From a virus, in the IMG/VR virus record IMGVR_UViG_3300046697_000178, positions 1 to 50,262 of that record: DNA of 50,262 nt; one strand, 5' to 3'. Below are positions 26,237-33,576 of the stretch, piece after piece. The notes beneath the pieces are model-generated. The model was not told where the DNA came from, did not search any database, and saw nothing but the letters and a program-made list of their open reading frames with translations. Made by a program: the position numbers and the translations under genes. Numbering within the stretch: the stretch's first letter is position 1; each line of letters begins with the position of its first letter.

Positions 26237-26889
26237 TCCTTGGCGTCCCGCAGCCGTTCCAGCAGGGCTTTAATGTCCTCGATCTTGCTGCGCTCGTCCC
26301 GCTCCCGGTCGGTCACGTTGTCGCCCACGCTGCCCAGCACCCGCGGCTCCACCTTCTCGTAGAACTCCCGCGGGTACTTGTTGAAATGCACCGCCTTGCC
26401 AATGGTCGCCTTGCAGGGGGCCGGACGAAAGGCACGTACCAGGCGGATCGTGTGCGCCCGGCCGTCCTTGATGGCCTCAAGATTCTCCGACAGCCACTTC
26501 ACCTCTTCGCGGTACGGCGCCGAGTCTGGCAGGTCCGGCCAGTCGTTGGGGATCGGAATGCTGCCCACGTAGCGGGTGGTCGCCTCGAAAAGCGGCTCCG
26601 GCCGCTCGGCCAGCGACTCGGCCGGAGGCAACTGTCCGGGATTCACGGACAGTTCAGGCACGGCCGCCACGGGGTAGACCCGCTCGGCCTCCCGCCAGGC
26701 ATGATCCTTCGCCGCCTCCCTGCCCACCTTCCGCCGCCCATCCGCCGTCACCGTCTTAATGAACGGTTGCACCACACCTTCCCAAATATCCTGCTGCTTC
26801 CAGCCTTTTATCAGCCGGGCGCGATGGCCCCGCAATGAGGCAGGTGGTGGAGTGGTTGCGGGCATCGTTACTTCCATGCGGGGATCCAT
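26233..26889 (-). CDS. Hypothetical protein (about 210-218 aa); positional candidate for the small terminase subunit.
   Basis: Sits two genes upstream of terL with a charged helical C-terminus. There is no motif-level support for the TerS call. Confidence 0.5.
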   Translation of the reverse strand: MDPRMEVTMPATTPPPASLRGHRARLIKGWKQQDIWEGVVQPFIKTVTADGRRKVGREAAKDHAWREAERVYPVAAVPELSVNPGQLPPAESLAERPEPLFEATTRYVGSIPIPNDWPDLPDSAPYREEVKWLSENLEAIKDGRAHTIRLVRAFRPAPCKATIGKAVHFNKYPREFYEKVEPRVLGSVGDNVTDRERDERSKIEDIKALLERLRDAKE

Positions 26890-27194
26890 TCGACGGGCAC
26901 ACCCCTGATCGTTACCACTTCCTCGTATCTTTCCCGGAACGGCCGGTCAGACATCAGCGTAATCTCGCCCCCCTCCCACAACAACCAGTCGTGGACGCCC
27001 GCCCATATCTGCCACAACGGCCAGTTCAACACCGCAAACCCGTTGAGAAAATGCACGTCAATCTGCTGGTTCGCCCCAATCACGAAACGCTCGACCGCGC
27101 CCTCGTTCAGGCCAGTCCACTGCACAGCGGCGATCGTGCCCTTCAGACGGTACTTTCTCACGGCCACCACTTGGTATGCTTCAATTCCTGTCAT
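26868..27194 (-). CDS. Hypothetical protein (108 aa).
   Basis: Track ORF with protein-like composition. Confidence 0.55.
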   Translation of the reverse strand: MTGIEAYQVVAVRKYRLKGTIAAVQWTGLNEGAVERFVIGANQQIDVHFLNGFAVLNWPLWQIWAGVHDWLLWEGGEITLMSDRPFRERYEEVVTIRGVPVEWIPAWK

Positions 27195-27351
27195 TCAACA
27201 TCTGCCGCTGCTCACGGTGACGTGCCCATACTTCGGCCTGCAACTCCCGGTACTCGGCACACTCGGCAGGACGACGACCCGCTACATGAAGCTCATGCAG
27301 CCGCGCCTGTATCAAGTACGTCTCGGTTTCCTTACCCAGTCGTTCCCGCAT
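27181..27351 (-). CDS. Small helical protein (56 aa, MRERLGKETETYLIQARLHEL..); first gene of the leftward operon.
   Basis: Only the C-terminal third of track ORF 27181..27585 looks protein-like. The ATG at 27351 lies 6 nt downstream of a -10-like hexamer. Confidence 0.4.
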   Translation of the reverse strand: MRERLGKETETYLIQARLHELHVAGRRPAECAEYRELQAEVWARHREQRQMLNDRN

Positions 27352-27357
27352 ACCACC

Positions 27358-27387
27358 ACAATAGCTGTCAGCATTCCCCTGAGTCAA
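27358..27387 (-). promoter_or_regulatory. Candidate sigma70-like promoter for the leftward (late) operon, possibly producing a leaderless mRNA.
   Basis: Minus strand: TTGACT, 18-nt spacer, TATTGT, then 6 nt to the ATG at 27351. Confidence 0.35.
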
Positions 27388-27834
27388 GACCAGTATGTTC
27401 ACGAAATGCGTTAAACGTAGCTTACCTAATGTGAACCCCAAAAAAGGCCTTTGTGCGAAGGGGTGTGGACGTGGGGCTCGCGTGCGTGCGCGACCGGGGG
27501 GGCTGGTTCGATCTCCGGTGGCGAGTGGGGCACGCGCGGCCGTCGCTCTAAACCGTTGCGGCGCAGCGAGTTGCGGTGCACCCAAGGGGCCGCCTTAGGC
27601 CCACGCCTACCGGCTGCGCGCCGCGATCTATGCCACTTGCGAGCGGTTGACGCGCCATGCGCCACTGTGTGCTGAGTGCGCACGATACCGACTGTTCCCT
27701 GCCCGTCTGAGTGCGTTGGCAGTCGGCCGGACTCCTCTCGACATCTGGCCTTCTGCCCGTGTTCGTCTGGTGGTCGTGCCCGAGCGGCCCGACACTGAGC
27801 GACTGGGCATGACGCCGACTAGGCGCAGGGCGCG

Positions 27835-27853
27835 CCCCCCCCCTTTCCCCCCC
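27835..27853. repeat. Homopolymer pair C9-TTT-C7 (G-rich on the minus strand).
   Basis: Read directly as ccccccccc ttt ccccccc, inside the noncoding divergent region. Confidence 0.9.
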
Positions 27854-28202
27854 ATGCCTTGATCGGGCTTACTGGGGCGGATGAACAGTGGTTGCTAAGA
27901 GGGGCGATTCATCCTCGCGGGTTCGCATCCCTCTGGCTCTGCCATGCCTGGCAGGCGATCTCTCCGCGCCACTGGCCGGCATTCTGGTTCGCATCGGGGC
28001 GTATAGGGCAGGACGTGCCGGCGCACTGCCTACCTCGAAGCATAGCGGGCGACCGGCAGAATTGCAACAGGGACCGAAAGGTAGCCTCATTTTTGCGACA
28101 CTTGCGACGAAAACTAAGGCGCGTAAAATAATTCTTTCCGTCGTAACTCGTTTCCTACCAATGGCTTGCAACTCGTCTTTTACTTTTCGGGCGATTTCAT
28201 GC

Positions 28203-28230
28203 TTGACTTAGTTCTGACAACCGATATATT
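28203..28230 (+). promoter_or_regulatory. Candidate sigma70-like promoter for the rightward (early) operon.
   Basis: TTGACT (28203..28208), 16-nt spacer, TATATT (28225..28230), about 75 nt upstream of the ATG at 28305. A TTGCGAC direct repeat lies at 28093..28099 and 28102..28108. Confidence 0.5.
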
Positions 28231-28304
28231 TACGGTAGATCGAGCGAACGACTCGGTCGGGCCGGCGGGCCGAAACGCAGCAGCCGGCTGACCCCGGCAG
28301 GAGA

Positions 28305-28640
28305 ATGAAGATGACCGAGCAAATTAGAGCGATGGAAATGAATGCAGATGAGGCTCTCTTGATGGCCGGCTTCATCGCCGACCAACTCGGCGGGACCGCC
28401 CAAGAGTACATCGACGATGAGACGATCGACGCAGTGGAATTGACGCGCGATGAGTTTGAGTTGTACGACGGCAAGTCTCACAACGGCCATCAATGGGCTT
28501 CGTGGAACGGCCAAGAGTTTAGCACCGTTGGCGGCCGCAAAGCCGTCTACTATGAGGCTGTCCAGGCGACAAAAGGCCAAAGGCGGTTTCACTTGTGGGT
28601 GGTAGACTTTGGCGATTTCCGCGCGACATACCAGCAATAA
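28305..28640 (+). CDS. Hypothetical early protein (111 aa).
   Basis: Track ORF with GGAG upstream. Confidence 0.6.
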   Translation: MKMTEQIRAMEMNADEALLMAGFIADQLGGTAQEYIDDETIDAVELTRDEFELYDGKSHNGHQWASWNGQEFSTVGGRKAVYYEAVQATKGQRRFHLWVVDFGDFRATYQQ

Positions 28641-28691
28641 CGTGACTCCTCGCCCGCGCGGCGGCCGGTTAGTCACCGGCCACAGATACAC

Positions 28692-28712
28692 AGCCGCGCG
28701 GGCGGCTTTTTT
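28692..28712 (+). terminator. Short intrinsic terminator or attenuator after the first early gene.
   Basis: AGCCGC-GCGG-GCGGCT followed by a T6 run. It is preceded by a second hairpin, GGCCGGT-TAGTC-ACCGGCC (28663..28681). Confidence 0.45.
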
Positions 28713-28725
28713 GGGGAGAAAAACG

Positions 28726-28977
28726 ATGACTGACGTAATTTTCAAGCACTCGCTAGGATCAAAGAAAACGCACAACAGGGATGGCAAGTTTACGCGCTGC
28801 TGGCGGTTGCTGGCTGATGGCACCATCGAGCGCACGAACTCGCGCTCGAAATACCAGCCGTATTTTGCCTGTGAAACGCCGCCGAAAGAAATTCTCGCCG
28901 CCGCGCAGGCGGCCGGGATCACGCCCAAGCCGGGCCGTTCAATACGCCAGCAAGGCGGAGGCCGAGCAGGCAATTGA
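28726..28977 (+). CDS. Hypothetical protein (83 aa); possibly continues by frameshift into 28781..29062.
   Basis: ATG at 28726 after GGGGAG. The tail IRQQGGGRAGN looks unnatural, whereas the +1 frame reads YASKAEAEQAIDFMRLDRGIF. Confidence 0.5.
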   Translation: MTDVIFKHSLGSKKTHNRDGKFTRCWRLLADGTIERTNSRSKYQPYFACETPPKEILAAAQAAGITPKPGRSIRQQGGGRAGN

Positions 28978-29155
28978 CTTCATGCGACTGGATCGCGGCA
29001 TCTTCTCCGCCACCGACGTTGACACCGACGGAGGGTACGCACTGAACCACAAGTGGTTGTGACGGTATCCGCGAAGCCGCGCCCTTGCGAGGACGCGGCG
29101 GCTGACACCGTTACGAACTCGCCGACTGAGTGATGTCGGAGGCAAGGGAGAATTG

Positions 29156-29512
29156 ATGATGGCTATAACGACGGAAAACGACACCTGGCTATTTCACGCG
29201 CGGAAGTGGGTCGCAAGGAAAATCTGCGACACTATTTCGCCCAAGGGTATTGGCGAAGGTCTTCGGGTCATGGCCGAGCGCAAGGCTGTAAAAGATGCTT
29301 TAGAGAGAAACTCTAGCCCACTCGCTCTAGCTCGCGCGATGCTTGCATACGACTTCCACACCTCGACCGGACACATTCAAGACGAGAACGGATTTCGACA
29401 TCTGACTGAAGCAGAAGCGTTGCAGATTGCCGAAGCCGCGACACTGTTCGCAGGCTCCTATTCTGGTCATCTCGGAGCGAAGGAACGCCGCGCGATTTTG
29501 GCGAGACAATAA
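29156..29512 (+). CDS. Hypothetical protein (about 118 aa).
   Basis: Track ORF; AGGGAG lies 5 nt upstream of the ATG at 29156. Confidence 0.6.
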   Translation: MMAITTENDTWLFHARKWVARKICDTISPKGIGEGLRVMAERKAVKDALERNSSPLALARAMLAYDFHTSTGHIQDENGFRHLTEAEALQIAEAATLFAGSYSGHLGAKERRAILARQ

Positions 29513-29514
29513 TC

Positions 29515-29586
29515 TTTCTCCCGCCTTCCGGGCTCCGGCTTGCCGTCCCGGTTGGCAGCCAAACCTAACACAAAGGAACCTAAGCC
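29515..29586 (+). repeat. Conserved intergenic element, copy A (about 70 nt, includes a hairpin and the RBS).
   Basis: tttctcccgcc..tccggcttgccgtcccggttggcagcc..cctaacacaaagga. The 27-nt core 29534..29560 differs at 1 position from 29906..29932. Confidence 0.8.
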
Positions 29587-29883
29587 ATGACAACAACAGC
29601 GATCAAGACACGGGTGCAGTTTGGGGTGCGGCCAATCAGTGAGGACGACGGCACACCTACCGGGCGGTTCTACTGCGAAATTATTGCCGTGACTCCGAGC
29701 GAAAAATGCTACCGACTGGGCCACGCTGCGAGCGATGACATTCAGGCCGTTTCCGACATTACCCTGGAATACGCCTATCAGTGCTGGAAAGAGGATCGAC
29801 ATTTGTGGCTTCCCGACTTCCGGGGAGCGGCTGGCGTTAAGGTGTGGCTCAACGAAGTCAACCGCCAACGCCTGGGATTGTAA
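29587..29883 (+). CDS. Hypothetical protein (98 aa).
   Basis: Track ORF. Confidence 0.6.
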   Translation: MTTTAIKTRVQFGVRPISEDDGTPTGRFYCEIIAVTPSEKCYRLGHAASDDIQAVSDITLEYAYQCWKEDRHLWLPDFRGAAGVKVWLNEVNRQRLGL

Positions 29884-29886
29884 GCA

Positions 29887-29960
29887 TTTCTCCTGCCGGC
29901 CGGGATCCGGCTTGCCGCCCCGGTTGGCAGCCTATTTACCCCTAACACAAGGATAGAAGC
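29887..29960 (+). repeat. Conserved intergenic element, copy B.
   Basis: tttctcctgcc..tccggcttgccgccccggttggcagcc..cctaacacaagga, immediately upstream of the ATG at 29961. Confidence 0.8.
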
Positions 29961-30275
29961 ATGAACAAATCGAAATACACACCAGGACCGTGGACACTAG
30001 AGAAGCAACGCGACGACGCCGAGTACACGGCAATTGGAGAACCCATAGCCATTATCGGCGGGGAGGACTGCTGTGAGGTTATCAAATTTATCGTAGGGCG
30101 TTGCTGCGACTATGGCCCGCACGGCGACGAACAAACAACCGCCAACGCCCAGCTAATCGCCGCAGCGCCGGACCTGCTGGCCGCGTGCAAGGCGCTCCAA
30201 GCTGAGGCCGCCGCCCGTGGTTGCGGCCTGCGAATTGCCGACGAGGCCATCGCCAAGGCGGAGGGAAAGCCATGA
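29961..30275 (+). CDS. Conserved phage hypothetical protein (104 aa).
   Basis: TPGPW..ANAQLIAAAPDLLAAC, a motif pair I recognise from many uncharacterised phage and prophage proteins. Confidence 0.6.
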   Translation: MNKSKYTPGPWTLEKQRDDAEYTAIGEPIAIIGGEDCCEVIKFIVGRCCDYGPHGDEQTTANAQLIAAAPDLLAACKALQAEAAARGCGLRIADEAIAKAEGKP

Positions 30276-30463
30276 AAAGCGAAACACTACAGCAAAAGAT
30301 CGACCGCCAACGTCGAATCAGAAAATGGGAAGACGTGCGCCGCCGATTGCGCTTGAAATTCTACGAGTATGAGGATGCAGGCAAGGGCCAAAAGGCGGCC
30401 GAGCTTGTGCAAGCCATCACCGATAGAATTCTTCGGCCGTGCCGAAAATGCGGACGACACTAA
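30272..30463 (+). CDS. Small basic protein (63 aa).
   Basis: ATGA overlap at 30272..30275. Confidence 0.5.
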   Translation: MKSETLQQKIDRQRRIRKWEDVRRRLRLKFYEYEDAGKGQKAAELVQAITDRILRPCRKCGRH

Positions 30464-30487
30464 TCAGCAACCCTAGAAGGGGACGCC

Positions 30488-30658
30488 ATGAAGACAGAGC
30501 ACGAAATCCGACAGCAGATTAAGGGCATCTACTACAGCGACCTGGCAGAGGCCCATATGATAAACCACGCACTCGAACGGATCGAGCGCGCGATGGAGCC
30601 GGACGACGACGAGGACGACGGCCGCGATTACCCCGACGATTACCCGGAGGATGACTGA
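30488..30658 (+). CDS. Small protein (56 aa) with a very acidic tail (EPDDDEDDGRDYPDDYPEDD).
   Basis: My own translation from the ATG at 30488. The stop TGA at 30656..30658 overlaps the next ATG (TGATG). It is below the track cutoff. Confidence 0.45.
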   Translation: MKTEHEIRQQIKGIYYSDLAEAHMINHALERIERAMEPDDDEDDGRDYPDDYPEDD

Positions 30659-30828
30659 TGACCCTAGCAGAACTCGCATGGATCAAAGAACGTGGCCGGC
30701 TGTTCGGTCGGCCGCTATTCGACCCCGAGCCGGAGCGGACGCCCGAGCCCGAGCAGGTTCCCGAGCAAGCCCCGACATTCGACCTCTACGGCGACATTAT
30801 CATCGCCAGGATGGAGCAACCGACATGA
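30658..30828 (+). CDS. Small protein (56 aa, MTLAELAWIKERGRLFGRPLF..).
   Basis: My own translation. It is bracketed by TGATG (30656..30660) and ATGA (30825..30828) overlaps. Confidence 0.45.
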   Translation: MTLAELAWIKERGRLFGRPLFDPEPERTPEPEQVPEQAPTFDLYGDIIIARMEQPT

Positions 30829-31520
30829 AAGCCGTTCTTTACGCTCGTTTTTCACCTCGGCCGGATGCCGACACCAGTGACAGTATCGAAAAGCAGTCGG
30901 AGCGGCTGCGCGCTTTTTGCCTTGCCCGTGACTGGGAAATCGCGGGCGAGTACCAGGACGCCGACAAGAGCGGCGCGACAACTAAGGGCCGGATCGGGCT
31001 GGAAGACGCCATTGCCCACGCCTGCCGGCTGCGCTGCGTGCTTTTGGCCTACGATCCGTCCCGGCTGTCCCGCGATGTCGGCGACTCGGAAGCCATCGTA
31101 AAACGGCTGGAACGTCGCCACGCCACCCTAGCCACAGTTGTCGGCAACCTCGACCTGACCACGGCCCACGGCAGGCTGACCTTCCGTATCGAATGCTCGA
31201 TCAATGCCTTCAATCGAGAGATCGGCAACGAGCGTACCAGCAAGGCCATGAAACACCACCAGGACGTGAGTCGGCGCCGCATGGGCCGGGCGGATCGCGT
31301 GCCCTACGGGATGCGCGCCATCGAGGGCAACGGGCTCGAGCCGGACCACACCGAGCAGGTGATTATCCAGCGGATCATTGCACTGGACGCCGCGGGCATG
31401 AACTCTAGAACGATATGCCGGCAACTCGAAGCCGAAGGGTTCACGCGCCGGAGCGGGAAGCCTTGGCCGGGCGGACATCGACTTGTGCAGGCCGTATTGG
31501 ATCGCGCGGCCAAAGCCTGA
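30825..31520 (+). CDS. Short serine recombinase (231 aa): resolvase-type catalytic domain plus only the first part of a large-serine-recombinase 'recombinase' domain.
   Basis: MKAVLYARFSPRPD..SIEKQ (Y-x-R-x-S nucleophile context), ..DKSG.., ..RVPYGMR..EQVIIQRIIALDAAGMNSRTICRQLEAEGF. GGAG lies 8 nt upstream of the ATG at 30825. Confidence 0.8.
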   Translation: MKAVLYARFSPRPDADTSDSIEKQSERLRAFCLARDWEIAGEYQDADKSGATTKGRIGLEDAIAHACRLRCVLLAYDPSRLSRDVGDSEAIVKRLERRHATLATVVGNLDLTTAHGRLTFRIECSINAFNREIGNERTSKAMKHHQDVSRRRMGRADRVPYGMRAIEGNGLEPDHTEQVIIQRIIALDAAGMNSRTICRQLEAEGFTRRSGKPWPGGHRLVQAVLDRAAKA

Positions 31521-31529
31521 CTCAAATCC

Positions 31530-31955
31530 CTAATTTTCCGCCCGAGGCCCTGTTTGGTCGATTCCCTGCCCATTTGGGCGTCGTTCGGCGTGAATCCTGG
31601 CCAGTCGCTCGATTGCCGCTGCCTTCCGTTCCGGCGACAAGTACCATCGTTTCCTTGCTCGCATGATTTTGGCAACTTCGGTAAAATAGGAAACATCGAA
31701 CAAAACGGTTCCCTCTCCGAAGTCGCCATCCTGATGCACCTCGACAAACGGTAGGGCGTTCATCCGGCGCTGGATTCCTCGGTGGCCGTCGATCGACGCC
31801 GCGAGTCTTTCGCCACCATGCGGGTAAATGTGGCCGTAATGGCAGGGAATCAGCAGCCCCCAGGGATCACCGCTCTTTGCGCCCTCTTCCCGGCGAATCC
31901 GGTAATCGTGGCCGAATCTCTCTTTTAGGTCGATGCACGGCGGCGGTTCTCTCAT
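31530..31955 (-). CDS. Hypothetical protein (141 aa); the only leftward gene inside the early block.
   Basis: Track ORF with AAGGTG upstream of the ATG at 31955; protein-like composition. Confidence 0.6.
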   Translation of the reverse strand: MREPPPCIDLKERFGHDYRIRREEGAKSGDPWGLLIPCHYGHIYPHGGERLAASIDGHRGIQRRMNALPFVEVHQDGDFGEGTVLFDVSYFTEVAKIMRARKRWYLSPERKAAAIERLARIHAERRPNGQGIDQTGPRAEN

Positions 31956-32852
31956 AATTCACCTTTGCTAATAGTACCTCTCAAGCGCAGACCTCCCGCC
32001 TGGGTCCGCTCTCTCCCTCCCTCGCTCTAGGTTGCAGGGTTCCTGCTTCCGTGGCTCTTATTCCGCCTGACGTGTGCTTGTTCCCGTTTCCGAGTTCATG
32101 CGCGCACTAGTAGGATAAAAACACGAAAAAACAAGCGAAATCCTGTCTGCACCCTCTTCGCTTCGGTCGGTCGATCGCTTGGAGAGTCCATTCTCCCCCG
32201 TGCTGCTGGCGTTCCTGGTTTCCGCCGACCCCGTAGGGTACTTGCCCAACCTCGTGGATCTGCCCCACGTAGGTACAGGGCCAGCCTCGCAGACGCCCGA
32301 GCAGAATGGCCATCCCTGCGAGAGAATGGGCCGCCCGTCAACTGGCGCTACAGACCAATCAGGGAGCCGGCGCGGGTGCGATTCGCGTGTACGCATGATG
32401 TCCCGACTCCTGTTTATTGAGAAAAAACCCAGAAGCGGGCTTGAAAGAATCGGCGAAACCTGTAAGAATCCAGGAGTCGCGCGGTTCCGTTTCAACCGCT
32501 CATGTCAGCCGTTCGGGCTCAACATCCCCGAGCGGCTGATTCTTTTTGTAGGTATTCTCCCGATTCCCGTCAAGAGCAGTCCCAGACTTTCCTACCGAGC
32601 GCTGCGCCCGCTTTCGTTACACCGAAAAAATCATCTCCTTTCGCCGTATGGGGTTGCGAAACGTCTTTTTCAGATTTTGCTTGCTTCGGAAATATTCTCG
32701 ATTACATTTACAGCACCTTGACCCAAAGCAGCATGAAGCTCAAAACCCCCTACGACCGACCGCGTGCCATCCGGGCTTGGCGATCTATGCTGCTACTCGC
32801 AGCAAGGGTAAAGGAACCGCGGGAGCCACAAGAGCCCGCCGGTCGGTCTTTT

Positions 32853-32934
32853 TGCTTGGAACCTGGCGCTTCAGTGTGGGTTGGCCGGCGCTTGAATGGT
32901 CGCGCCGTCTCTGGGTTCGATTCCCAGCCAAGCT
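32853..32934 (+). other. tRNA-like element with a canonical T-arm and 3' acceptor strand plus a complementary 5' strand, but no foldable D or anticodon arms.
   Basis: CTGGG-TTCGATT-CCCAG (32911..32927) followed by CCAAGCT. GCTTGG at 32854..32859 pairs with it over 6 bp. The intervening 51 nt contain a GGCGCTT direct repeat and a CGGCGC/GCGCCG stem with a 10-nt loop. Confidence 0.45.
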
Positions 32935-32950
32935 CTGTCTTTCTTGTAGT

Positions 32951-32991
32951 CCCGCCGTTCTCCCGGTCATGCGGCCGGGCGGCGGGTTTTT
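32951..32991 (+). terminator. Strong rho-independent terminator just upstream of csrA.
   Basis: CCCGCCG-ttct-CCCGG-tcatgcgg-CCGGG-CGGCGGG followed by TTTTT. Confidence 0.7.
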
Positions 32992-33020
32992 AGGAATCTT
33001 TGCCTAGGAAGGTTATTCGC

Positions 33021-33275
33021 ATGCTCTGTCTGACACGAACTGTGGGGGAGTCAATCCAGATTGGTCCCGACATCGAGGTCGTGGTCTTGAAGTTCCGCGG
33101 CAAGCAGGTTCGCTTGGGCATCAGCGCCCCGCAGGCCGTGGCCGTTCACCGGACGGAGGTACTCAACACGCTGCGGCTGGAACGGGTGCGCTCCATGCTG
33201 CACGACAAGATGAGTCTGGCCGAGATTGAGGGTGTTTTGGACCGCGAAGACGAGGAGGAGCGGAGAGATGCGTAG
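33021..33275 (+). CDS. csrA: CsrA/RsmA-family RNA-binding translational regulator (84 aa) with an acidic C-terminal extension.
   Basis: MLCLTRTVGESIQIGPDIEVVVLKFRGKQVRLGISAPQAVAVHRTEV aligns almost position for position with E. coli CsrA [47 protein letters not shown]. Confidence 0.9.
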   Translation: MLCLTRTVGESIQIGPDIEVVVLKFRGKQVRLGISAPQAVAVHRTEVLNTLRLERVRSMLHDKMSLAEIEGVLDREDEEERRDA

Positions 33276-33576
33276 CGGACCTTCAGGCCTACACGACTGG
33301 GAACTGCTGATCGGAGATTCACAGGAATTGGCGATCCGTGGGACGGTCCACTGGAAAGTGACTCCGGGCGAGCCGATGGTCATGTACTACCCCGATGGTA
33401 GCGGCTATCCCGGCAGCCCGCCTGAGTGTGAGTTTTGGGGCGTGATAATTAACGAGATCGTCTTGGAGGGCGAACTGTCCGCCGGCGACTGGCCGAGCGA
33501 TTTGGAACTGAAGGTCGAGGAGTCTTTACGGGATCACATTTTCGAGAATCACTGTAGCGACGAGAGGAATGAGTAA
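33268..33576 (+). CDS. Hypothetical protein (102 aa).
   Basis: ATG at 33268 after GGAGGAG/GGAGAG; overlaps the csrA stop by 8 nt. Confidence 0.55.
   Translation: MRSGPSGLHDWELLIGDSQELAIRGTVHWKVTPGEPMVMYYPDGSGYPGSPPECEFWGVIINEIVLEGELSAGDWPSDLELKVEESLRDHIFENHCSDERNE

Noticed and set aside
27181-27585. The full 134-aa version of this ORF, and other ORFs in 27395..28211.
   Set aside because: Their sequences are dominated by R/A/P/G with no hydrophobic periodicity. Only the last 56 codons of 27181..27585 look like a real protein.
32774-32934. A tmRNA, with the tRNA-like T-arm and acceptor strand paired to an upstream GGCTTGG (32774..32780).
   Set aside because: The span is only about 160 nt. 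There is no G3-U70 Ala identity pair, no GGAUUCGAC-type 5' motif, no plausible tag ORF ending in hydrophobic residues, and no CCA-proximal consensus.
31956-33020. A CsrB/RsmZ-type sponge RNA encoded upstream of the phage csrA.
   Set aside because: I counted only about nine GGA triplets on the plus strand in roughly 1 kb. That is no more than expected from base composition, and I could not place them systematically in hairpin loops. Only the two GGAs in the immediate csrA leader are positioned suggestively.
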